From contig CM119379.1 in the NCBI GenBank assembly GCA_051294905.1, positions 18,786,001 through 18,850,000 on the forward strand: a stretch of 64,000 nt of DNA. The letters are read 5' to 3'. The notes under the pieces are model-generated. The model saw only the letters and a list, made by a program, of their open reading frames with translations, was not told the origin of the DNA and ran no database searches. This document shows, piece after piece, positions 52,364 through 63,774 of the stretch (position 1 is the first letter of the stretch; the number at the start of each line of letters is the position of its first letter). The DNA is from Botryllus schlosseri. Taxonomy: Eukaryota. Both the position numbers and the translations under genes were made by a program.

Positions 52364-53354
52364 CAGTGGTTCCCAACCTTTTTTAATGTCGGAGCAGCAT
52401 TTCATATTTCAGAGTACATCTGGGGCCGCACGAACACACTAATTTGGAAACACAAAAATTATAAAGTTTCAAAGCGCGTACCAAAGAATAGCAACACTAA
52501 CAAGTAAAAAACATATCGATGTAATGTCCAACTTGGCATAGGCTTTGAGCTTCAAGAAGTTTGCCAAAGCAAGGCGTAATTGCAGAGAATGCAGTACGCA
52601 GTAGCTACTTGATGTGGTCATCGGTCGATCGACTGCGATGTTGATTTTTGATTCTGGCCAGTTTGCTAAAGTGCTTCACATGCATAAGTTGATCACAATA
52701 GAGAATCGTTTTTCTGCGCATTGGTTACCAAGTTGGGATATTTTGCCTCTGGAATTTAACTCCAGAACTCAAGTAAAGTCTTCACGTTTTAATAATTGCT
52801 TGATCTTGATATCTGACTGCATGTCTAGCAACTCAAGTTGAAAATTACTAGGGGCAGTGGCCACAGCATATGCAATAGGATTTGAAAACATTTTCATAGT
52901 GGGCAAGAAAGCATTCATTGCGCCGATGCGGCGGTTGAACTCATCAACGAAGTTGCTGATAAGCCCGCTGTATGCATCAAATGATCCGCTGGTTTGATGG
53001 TCAAATACCGTTGGAAAATGTGTTGTAACACCACCTGCACTTGAGTCTGTTGGGGAGCTGACTTAAATTTGAGTGCCGATCCGAGCGCATTTGAGTGTGA
53101 GTATACTTTTTGACGTGAGTTGAGTATCGAAATCGTTGACTACGATTCGCTGCTGAGTAGAGAATCGCTACTCGACAGCAGAGGGTGTGGCGGGTTGGCG
53201 TCTGAGCGGGTTTAACCCCTGTTGAGGAATTGATCTTCACCCTTAATTATAAACTCCAGACTCCAAGCCAAGCGAGGGTAATTTTTGAATATGAATTTAT
53301 TTTTCTTGCTGTAAATTTATTTTCTTTATCATTTTGTGGGATTGGGAATCACTG
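52364..53354 (-). mobile_element. hAT Charlie/SPIN-type deletion derivative, 991 bp
   Basis: TIR CAGTGGTTCCCAA / TTGGGAATCACTG; TSD CTATAAAG / TTATAAAG; contains a transposase relic. Confidence 0.9.
52521..53040 (-). pseudogene. Degraded Charlie-type (GTF2IRD2-like) hAT transposase C-terminus
   Basis: Manual translation gives THFPT..YSGLISNFVDEFNRR..FSNP..APSNFQLELLDMQSD, then LEFWS*IPEAKYPNL..STYACE, then KNQHRSRSTDDHIK*LLRTAFSAITP..KL..CQVGH, i.e. the hAT dimerisation region with stops and frameshifts. Confidence 0.88.
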
Positions 53355-53705
53355 TTATAAAGTATGGCACAAGGCATGCATCAACAATACTGTTAGGTCA
53401 CTGCAAGTGGAAAACACAGAGCTACAGAAGATCGCAGAACTATTCATCGTGACGTAAACACATTCTTTATAGTACCATAGCGGGAATACATAATTATGGA
53501 TGAAGCATTTCGTTCTATTTTGTTGCTACTACTACCGTACCGTATTTCCAAGCGACGTGTGCATAAAATAACCGGAAAATATAATCCATATAGCCAGTGC
53601 ATGTATCAAAATATTGAATATTATTCTCTGTGCTAACGTCGCTCAACGATCTCACGAACATCTTTGAGTCCACACGTATCGGTCATATCCCCAAAATGGT
53701 ATAGA

Positions 53706-54201
53706 CAGGGTTGCATTTAAAACAAACGGTACTTTAAAACGCATTATACAGTGTTTTAAACCAATGCCTTTGTGATTTTTTTTTCAAACGTCGAATAATT
53801 GCGCCATAATTGTGTAAATACTTTCGAATAACATGTAGTACAAGCCTACGGACGATTTGCACCCAATATAGTCGACGTATACGATATGGAATGGCTTGAA
53901 CCCTCGAAATCGTCGTTGGTTCGACAGTTACAGTTAAAAGATATAGATAAATTGGCACGGAATGGATGTTGTGGTGATAATGACCGCCGACCGTGAAAAT
54001 GCTGCATAACGATGTAGTACTGGTTAACGATATTTTTGGTCTGTTTATCACAGTGGTCGGAAGACTTTTTCGTCGAAGGAGCCCTATTTTCAATGACCTT
54101 CCACTATGACGTCACAATTAGAAATTCGTGACGGCATGGCAAGAAAAATATGTTTGGAACATGTTTGATTTAAATCGATTTTTGTTTTAAATGCAACCCT
54201 A
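53706..54201. mobile_element. hAT MITE, TAGGGTTGCATTTAAAAC family, copy 3
   Basis: TIR CAGGGTTGCATTTAAAACAAA / TTTGTTTTAAATGCAACCCTA; TSD GGTATAGA / GCTAGAGA (6/8); same interior as copies 1 and 2. Confidence 0.87.
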
Positions 54202-55038
54202 GCTAGAGACAGTAGTCAAGTATCAAAATACTTTCATTAATTAAAATCAATTTTAGTCATCACATTGACGGACAGAATACCAGATCTTTCGTGACTTGTA
54301 GAAGTGAATTATACTTTTTGAACTAAATTGCAAGAAGTAGTCAAAGTATTCGTTAGTCAAGTTAAGAAAAATTGCTTTCAACATCCATAGCAGAAAAGCA
54401 GATTTGCTCATCATTACTTTGCGAACATTGCGCAATTGATACCTGAAAATACATCCATTCAATCGTATTCTTAGAGACCTGCAAATAAATAGGGCAAGGA
54501 TTATAAAGGAGGTAATTTGGACCGACAGATTTGAACACAGTGATAATGGTGCCAAACTCGTAAATAAACAAGTGTTCTGTTACCGACACTTTTATAATAG
54601 TGTATGTTGAGAAAGCTAATCCCCATATGTAATGGATAAATAGTCCCGCGAGTGACTTACTTTTGATAACCGGCCGGCATGAAATAGGTCGATTTATCGT
54701 CTGTTGTTGGGTGTTATACAAAGCCCATTGGAATTTATTCAAAATTAGTCAAGGGAAAACTATGTTTCTTCTCTCTCTGGCAGATTATAGACAAGTGTTT
54801 GTCTCTAAATCTCTGAGATTAATTCCCATGCGTCTGCCACCTGCCGCCGGCCGAGATGTACCGACATGCGAGGCAAGACGCGTGAAAAAGTACCAATAAT
54901 CTTACAAAATATTCGAGAATTCGCAGTTACTGGACGCCCGCGATTATCCACGATGGACCGACTGAACTAATTTCCGAAACTGAAATTCGAGAGAATCCGT
55001 CTTTAAACGCAAGAAAAAAAGAAGACTGAGCACCAGGC

Positions 55039-55046
55039 TATATAAA
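55039..55046 (+). promoter_or_regulatory. TATA box of HLH gene 4
   Basis: TATATAAA about 90 nt upstream of the ATG at 55134. Confidence 0.75.
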
Positions 55047-55133
55047 CGGGTGGCCACCGCTCGCTCATCCACACATCACAGTTACCAAGCTTAGACGCAA
55101 GAAGCAATACAAGAATACAAAAAGATATCCGCA

Positions 55134-55457
55134 ATGGGGAAGACTGTAACTTGCTATCAGGCTGCTGTTAAATGCAGAGTGCTTCCGTACGCAAAGTCAG
55201 CTACTAAGAAATCAATGCCGGTCAAACTGTCAGCCGTCCAGCCGGAGAGGAGCGAAGAATGCGAGATCCTGCGTTTAATTTCGGAACTACAAACCGTACT
55301 ACCTGCGTCTTCGTTTACGAAGGCGCCATCAACCGTTGACACCGTTGAAAGCGCAATCGCTTATATTTGCCAGCTCGAACAGGAAGCGGGCGAAGAAGAT
55401 TTAAAACGACTTCGTCAAAGCGTGAACCTGACTGACTGCTTGTCGGAAAATGTCTGA
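55134..55457 (+). CDS. Divergent Id-like HLH protein (HLH gene 4, 107 aa)
   Basis: ILRLISELQTVLP-loop-STVDTVESAIAYICQLEQE fits the HLH pattern. TATA box, Kozak gcaATGG, AU-rich 3' UTR and AATAAA at 55683-55688. Confidence 0.87.
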   Translation: MGKTVTCYQAAVKCRVLPYAKSATKKSMPVKLSAVQPERSEECEILRLISELQTVLPASSFTKAPSTVDTVESAIAYICQLEQEAGEEDLKRLRQSVNLTDCLSENV

Positions 55458-56725
55458 CTTCATCATATCGATCGTAATTCGAATGCTACCGCCAGCAACA
55501 AGAATATCCTGGTCGCCAAACGAGATATGAACGTCTGGAACATAGAGCCTCGGTACAGACAGAGGGGACGCGCTACCCTGAGAAGTGTCAAAGTCATAAA
55601 CGCCAACTATATATAGATATATATTTCTTTTCTATTTCGATACATTTTATGCGAGTGCCTTCGTTTGTATCTTATTTTATATAATAAATGATCAAATTTT
55701 ACACGAGAAAACACGTTGTGTCGATGTCTTGGCAGGACTTTGCATTGCAAAATGAATCGATTAGAAATTCGCCCGTGTCACCGAGGCGCGCGTTGAGTCA
55801 GGTGAGGGACATTGTGACCATACGAATGGTTACTCGCGCGGGTTTTGAGTAGGAAGATTCAGGGCCAGACTAAGTTGCAAAATGATGTGTCTCCACATTT
55901 GATTATGTCGAGTCGGCCACTAAATATGTCATCGAAATGAATCCCAGTAAGTCTGACACGTTGCTACCGTTAATGTTGTGGTGATAGATTGAAACCTGGA
56001 ATCGGCACCGTTACAAACAATCCCCAAACTCTGCAAAGTACCCAATACTCATATAGGCCCATACTGGGCATCATACTTTCTAACAATAACAACTTGACTG
56101 TTAGTCTATATCGTATGTTCATTGATTTCCGTCGGATGATATTCATACATCCAGCAATTTCAAACAAGTTGCAGATAATGAAGATCGCTGATTAGCAACC
56201 AACTTCATAACACAAAAACGGCACGGGAAGACGCGCCTATTATTACTCAGAAACCTTCTACGCGGACACACGACTTTTTCCGTTGACTCAGTAATATGCC
56301 ATGAAAATCTAAGACTTCAAATACATTTGTTTACACGCTCCACTTTCCTGTGACATCCACAGAAACACTAATGAAACAATCGGTGCAGTAGCCAATTATG
56401 TTACAATTGTACGCTAACTCTTTGCGGCAAAGGGTTGCTATAGATAATCTTTGGTCAAATTTGTCAAATATTCGTCCAAAAAGTGTATTAATGTTATATT
56501 ACGAAACTTGTAACCAAATAAATGGCATTATTTGAACGAGACGAAGAATCGCGAGATTTTAAAATTTGAGATATGAGAGGGCAATACATGGATTTGTGTT
56601 CAAACCTGCAGACCGACACGCGCAAATGTAATGGGTTGTGCATACTTATATATGTACGTACAATATACATGGTATATTTCAACACTTGACGAGGTATTGT
56701 TTGAACTTGATGAATACGTGATTAT

Positions 56726-57144
56726 TAGGGTAAGTTTTTGTTGCACTAAAAACCTGAGAAAGTTGCATTTATTTTTTAATTTTAACAAAAGTTGCAGAAG
56801 TTGCATTTTGACCACATTTTGCACGGTTGACTAAAAACAAGGCAATTTTCCGGCTCAGTTCCCAAAATACCCGTAAAAGCGTTATTTCGGTGCTGATTTA
56901 CGGTGTTTCAGTCGAATTTGGCCGTGTATTTCACCAAAATTGAAAATACTTTCATGAAAAATCGAAAAAGTTGCAAAAATTTGCAAAAAGTTGCATGAAA
57001 AAAATGGAAAAAAGTTGCAAAAAGTTGCACTATAAGATTCCTTCAACGGGCTTGAAACAGAATTAATTTTACGTATCTTACGAGTATTTAGGAAGCTGCC
57101 GGAAGCTGTAAAAAAAGTTGCAAAAGTTGCAAAAACTTGCCCTA
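56726..57144. mobile_element. Inverted shorter copy of the 36573-37438 family
   Basis: Ends TAGGGTAAGTTTTTG / CAAAAACTTGCCCTA with AAAAGTTGC repeats; the reverse complement of 57000-57144 matches 36573-36715. Confidence 0.85.
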
Positions 57145-59498
57145 ATAGTAATTATATTAATTGCCTCCATTTGAATATATACTACTTCTCAAAGTCTTTA
57201 AATATTTCACCAGTGAATGTCGGTACTCAATGTGTCAGAAATGCACCCTAAAATTGACGCGCAATTGAGATGAACGACATGCATTTAAATGTCTTTAAAC
57301 CGGCAGAGTTCCGATTTATGACCCATCATAGCGGCTTAAATGTACAATAAAGCTTTTTGCTTATTATATTACCAATCCAGACAGAAAGCGAAGTTGAATC
57401 GATGGATAAACCTAAAACGAATCGAACTTGAAGTATAGGATATATGTGTTTTAAATGGATCGGCTGTAAGAAATGATAGACCAAAAATAAGCAAACGAAC
57501 GTTTGTAACTCTTGTGTATTCTTAAGTTGTTAAATTGATGATTTCACACCGCAAATTTTCAAAGAAGCAATGTAATTCTCCCACACGCGTCACACCTGCC
57601 TACCAACCCGCGTCCAACAGTCATCCGATGCCTCTACCTAATCCTACTATGACTGAGCGCCGACACAAGTTCCGGATCATAACATGTTTTGTTATACAAA
57701 TCGCCTTCACACCAGGAATCAGCTGATTTTCCACGTGACCAGGGTATTTTCGAATCACCTTACGTCACAAAAAACGGCAGATGGTCGACGTGTGGGAAAG
57801 CGAGGAAGCTGAGTTAAACCTTTCAGATTTGTTATGACAACTTAAACGCTCCGTCATAAACGCCTCTCTCAAACTATACGATTAGAAAAAGGTCTATAGT
57901 TCATTACTTAGGCAACAAAACTACAAGCAGCTGGACGCTGTATGGGAACGGGGAGACTATCTCTGTCTCACGGTTATGAAATATGTCATATCAATGGGTA
58001 TATGTACCGCAGGCGATTATGAATTTACTCGTTAATCGTGCATAGATATCACCTCTCCTATTCATTATGCGATAGGGTCAATAAAGTAAATTGCAGTTAG
58101 GTTTGAAATGATCGTCTTGTGATTCCTGGGGTGATATTTTCAACAGGGAGAGAATACTCCCACGAATGTCGGCATGCGTCTTTTGTCAATCACGGTATAG
58201 CGTCGATTCGCAAATTACCAGGAAACTATAAGGTCAAACGTATTGCGTTCGTCACGGGATGGGGTCATGATGTCCGTGGAGATATTGTTAGATTGCAGAA
58301 TTTTGCAACACTTATTAAAAAATGGATCTTGATTAACCTAGGAATTGTTCTATTGGGGTCACTTTAAGATCGTTCTTGTGCCGGGGTTTCTCGTAAATTT
58401 GCATTGGTAGGTAAGGTAAATTATAGTTGGACGTTGGAAATCATGCTATCACATCACGATTACTAAATTAATTGGAATCGTTCAATTTCCATTGATTATA
58501 TGGTGTCAAATTCAGATCCACAGGCAGCTCAAGTAACAAGCATTTCTTGCGAATGATTTTCAGCTAAACAAATATCGTGTTGTTTCGAAACACTCAAATT
58601 GGTGCAAGTAGCATAAATATCATAGGCGGATCTAGACCCCATAATTCAAATGTTGACGATAGGTAATATAACGGACTTGGTGACACAACAACCGCGAGGC
58701 ACATTCGTCATTTGAATCACCCTCTATAAGTTCTGTAACCACTAGCGATACGTACGATTTTTAATTCTCCTTTTTCACGTGACATGTAGATTTTATATAC
58801 AGTATATCTTCTCAAATACGGTGGCATCTTCAAAGCGACACGTCCTGTCACTGGTACTAAATTATTTCTTCCCGATCATTGCTAGACTACTACTACTGGC
58901 GATGACGCATTGCTGGGAGCCGTGTTTTGTTAATTGACTCCTTAGTCAGACCTCCAGGCAGGTGACCAGTGCGGAGACTACTTTCGGTGGAGCTCCTTTG
59001 AATAAGTCACAGTTTTGTCATCATTAAAGCGCGCCGACTGTCGCGAGCCGGCCCTTTCTAATTTCAAGCAATTTAACAGAAATCAAAGGGAGGATACGAT
59101 TGTTTGAATTACTGCTTCCTTCTTTGCTCAGGGGATGAAAGAGCCACGGCAACGTTTAATAGGTTTGCTCTAAACGAACATATACCGGAGCGAATTACTG
59201 TCGGCGTCGTAGTAGTCTACGAATTCGCGAACTCGCTTGACAGATCAAAATGTCATAAGATTTTCTTTTCTTAAAGATCTAACAATCGACAATCGAGCGA
59301 TTTCAAAATAGACCCAGCTATAGTAGACGGAATTTTGAGTTTCGCGCGCTTTTACCGCGCCTGTCACGCGATGAAACTGTATAGCGCGAGCAATATAATT
59401 AACTTGATTTCGCGGTAGTGGGCTTCACGCAGCGCTATGCCGCGTATGGCAGTAGCCGAAAATATGAATTTTGACTTAATTCAGTCGGATCCGAGATT

Positions 59499-59843
59499 TT
59501 CCCACGAGTTTTCGTATGTTGACATAGACTTGCGGAAAACCCACACATTGAAATTAGTGACGCGCAAGTGGCGATAATGTTAATTTTACGCGACTGAATA
59601 CCGGAAAACCGATTTCCAAATGTCATCACTCCACGATGGATCGACTGTAAGCCGAGAGTAGGAGATTTGCCGGCTAGATCCTACGTAAAACCGAGTGCTA
59701 CACAGCCACGCGCCTGCGTCTGAGGCAGGTGGGGAGCGCGTGGGAAAAGTCGCGCAAAAATTGCGAATTCCTGAGGTCTATTCGCGCTGCGCTATTCGCG
59801 CCTGGTCGCGATAGCGGGGTGGCAGATGTCGCGGGCGTGGGAA
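59499..59843. promoter_or_regulatory. Cluster of three CSL/Su(H) sites with two E-boxes (candidate Notch-responsive enhancer)
   Basis: CGTGGGAA at 59499-59506 (minus), 59739-59746 and 59836-59843; CAGGTG at 59726-59731 and CAGATG at 59823-59828; CpG-rich segment. Confidence 0.55.
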
Positions 59844-62388
59844 CCGCTCGCTAAAATTCTGAGACGCCGCGCGTGCCTGTCGTGAGAGCGCCCTGATTGC
59901 GGTAATTAAACACGGCGCGCTTGGATTCAATTCGGTTGACATCGTAAAAAGCGTTTTCTGAGTGCATTTCTCTCGGTTAGCGGTGTATGCAGTTCTCTTC
60001 CAACGACATTCCGTCGCAGTGGGTGTACAGCACATAATTCTCTAGACAAGCCAGTGTCAGTTTTGACACTGATCTTAAGTTGTCGTGAAAATCTGACCTT
60101 GCATGAACAAGACCATAGTAACCAATTCATGATTTCGTTGGAATTTAGGGACCAATGTAAGTTTTTGCATTCCACGAAGGCCCGATTATATCAGGTGTGT
60201 GCGCAAACGCATTTTCTGGTACAGCAAAGTATTCGTGGGGTTATATTGATGCTGTGGGGAGTTTGCTGAATGTTCCACAATTTCGTGACGGGTGATAACG
60301 ATAAATTACTGACTTTTTGGTCGACTGTCGATGAGATCAAATTTTTCGGAATTTCTTTTGTTCGTGACCGGTTTTATTATTGATATTGCTGTAAAGAGAA
60401 AAGTTATTGGCGGTTTTCACTTTAAAGTCTTTTGTGTCAGAACAGCGTATACGTATATTATATATCACACAATAATATCATGTCTGATTTCGATGCACCC
60501 GCATACTACGAAGTTTATCGGGGAAATCCTCATGTCTTGATTTGACACGTCTCGTTAATCAATGATGCGTGGCTGAGTGACTCGGGTTACAGTAGATTAT
60601 TTGTAAACAAAAAATTCTGATTTCGTATGATAAACGACAATGAAAGTATATGTGTTTAAAATTAATACTTCAGTCAAATATAATACATAGTGAAAATAAT
60701 TTCAGTTCAGTCAATATCATGTACCATTCAAGCCAAATAAAGTCAAAAACATTTACCATCGGGAATGATTGAAAATAAACGTTGCACGATTGCAGTTTCA
60801 CATTCCATGCACCAGCCTCTATTTTTCTGTCTCCACTAAAATTACTATTCCTTGTAACACAACGCACTGGATTCTACGAAACAAACTTTTTGATTCACAA
60901 TTCCACTCTTGTGTCATCACTGCCTTATTTGCGAGTAGGTGATCGCTTTTCTCATGTAGCATCCCTTTGTGGATTATTTTCATTTACAGTCTGCATACCA
61001 TTAGTTTTCTGTACTACTTTGGGACTTGAGCTTGCCTTAGAGTTTAGAGTAAACGTGGACTCAACCAAGACGGTCGAAAGGTTCAATGTGAATTCAGATG
61101 CTTCAGTTTTACTATACCCGATGATATGAGTTTTCATGCCACGTTTTGGCGACTCGGGTATTAGCGCCTCTAATCGTTCACGCCGCTACCATGATTGCCT
61201 TTCAAACCATCTACTTACCTATCGGATATCCCTATTTACATTGATATACATTCAGATGATTAAATTCAGAAATTAGAAGCCACACGTCGGTCTTGATTAT
61301 TTATGATACGCAATCAACAAGATGGGAAATCTTCCAATATGTTTTTATTGCGAACAAAGACAAGTGTTATACCGATTACGTGCGTAATCTAGGCGACATC
61401 TGCGCCGCAAGAAACGGAACGACTGCGACAGTTTTACAGGTAAAGAAATCAAAAGCAGCGCACTGAAGCAATTACCAGTGCTTACACGAAACTTCCGGTG
61501 CTAAAATGTTCGCGCCTTCGTATGGGTTTATCGAGTTTGCGGGTACGATTACTCGTGTCAAAAGCAATAATGGATATGGTGCGTATTAGGGAGATCGTTT
61601 TAGATACCTACTTTGGTCTCAAAGACACCGAAAATGCGTCTAATGACACGGCAATGCGCGAGATCAGTAAGACAAGACTAATCCGGAAAAACCGTTTCAG
61701 ATGAATTTGAAGCAATTCAATCCCGGGCGGCTATCCTATTTTTATTGTAGACCGAGATACACTGCGAGAAAACGAATTCGTCTAATCGCCAAGAGCTTAA
61801 AACGATAAAACATGAAATTTTATCGCCCTCCCACACCTGCATTGGATATCGCGAACGGCGTAACGTCGATCGGTCAGGTAACATTGATGAAACTGCGCCG
61901 GTACAAATTGAAATCAATGCGACAGACGATTAAAATGAATGACTTAGGTAAACTTGGATGACCTCTATACCAAAAAGGCGCGAGCGGGATATATTGTGAA
62001 TCTAGTACATTCTCCGTACTTCTTGCCGTGGATCTGGAAATGTCTCTCAGTAGTATAATACAGTTCCATTGCTTCCAGTACTAATGTCATCTACTGCGTC
62101 CCGAATGGCTTTACTGCTTAAACCTGGCACATGTGCATGTGCATCGGAGCGACAAGGTGATAAGCTACATACGTGTCATTTTGAATTATAGCAAAGCCAG
62201 GGTAATTTAATAACAACGGATTATATATCGAAGCGTGGTTAGTTATCAGGCCACCATATCGATCGTGAAAGACCACAAATAAATTACACAGTATACTGAG
62301 TAGCCTATTTCTAATACTTATCTATCTGCCCGATGAATTTCATGGAACGAAATAGGCAGCTTGTATGACGTTCAAATATTATCTATAA

Positions 62389-63094
62389 CAGGGCTGGCCA
62401 ACCTTTTCGGCCAAAGGGCCACATTCGATTGAGGAACATTCGCGCGGGCCACTATCCGCGCCAAGCGCGAAATTTTTTTGAAGTTCATAGGTCAATAATA
62501 TTGTCACTAGACTATATTACGGGCCTGATGTATATCGCTGGGCTAAGTTTGCGAGGACTGGGCTATTCGGCGCATTGACATATCGATATCGAAAGCTGTG
62601 ACCAACATGCGTCAATCATTTCGTGCCTAGGTTTCATGGTCGACGGTCTTACTGCGAGCGCAAACGCAAGGTCGCATATGTTAAACGACACTTTGTCTCG
62701 TAATCCCGAATATAGTTAGACTCAATCTGATACATAAGGTGTTCTTCCATTTTCACAAAAGGGCAACAATATTAAAAACAAGAAATCGAGTGACAACATA
62801 TTGCGCTAAGCTTGTAGAAAATTTTTACCTTTGATAAATCGATCGCAAATTATTCTGCTCTATTGTAGTGTACGAAGATATACCAATATGTGAATGGCTG
62901 ATGGATCTGTCAATACGTTGGAACTGATATTATAGTCATCGCATCTCAAGTATTGCGGCCAGACTAATCAAATTTTTGGTTGGCCTTGCAAGCTCAAAAT
63001 CTGTGCAATCCATTTTTGATGATATTAGAAATTTCGGAAATTACCTCGCGGGCCACTCAAAACCTTCTCGCGAGCCACGGATTGGCCGGCCCTG
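62389..63094. mobile_element. hAT/Charlie-type MITE, 706 bp
   Basis: TIR CAGGGCTGGCCAA / TTGGCCGGCCCTG; perfect TSD ATCTATAA (62381-62388, 63095-63102). Confidence 0.92.
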
Positions 63095-63584
63095 ATCTAT
63101 AACGACAACAACGCCGAAACTCTTCACTGTCTTTGTAATGATATGTTTATTAGAATATAAATTGTGAGTAGATATGCATAGAGCGAAGGTAAGAGCATCT
63201 TCATCAGGCCCTCTGCGTGCATCGCATATTTCACTAGCGTTACAGTTAAGGTTGGATGCTGATTCATTCACCACATGACTGCATTCATTTTTCGCAAAAC
63301 AATATAGTATCTGCCGAACTTTCCTTGCACAAATAACTTGGAACAGTGATATAGAATCTGATGAAGTAGGCTACAACTCAATCCGCGTCTCTGTTCCAGA
63401 ACTACGATGTGATATATTTTGACAAATCCTCATCGTGTCTTCGACGAGATCCACGCTGTTTGCTGGATATCATCAACAGAAAGACGTATCCAGGATCTTT
63501 TGGGGAGGGTATGTTTTTGACAACGGCGTGCAGACTTGTACAAACTGAACATTCGGCTAGTTGATGGTCAACTAACTGACGGTT

Positions 63585-63730
63585 TTTCGAGTATAGTTCT
63601 AGTTCTAGCTCTAGTTGCAGATTTTGAAAATAGAGTAGTTCTAGTTGTAGTTTTAGTTGCGGATTTTTAAAATTGAGTAGTTCTAGTTTAGTTGCATATT
63701 TAAAAAAATATTAGTTGCCAAACAACTAGA
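63585..63730. repeat. CTAGTT/TAGTT motif array (probable transposon subterminal repeat)
   Basis: About ten spaced TAGTT/CTAGTT units; no matching end identified. Confidence 0.5.
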
Positions 63731-63774
63731 AAATACTGTCGTGGTTTTGGGCGACTTGAGATGCCGGTGTTCTG

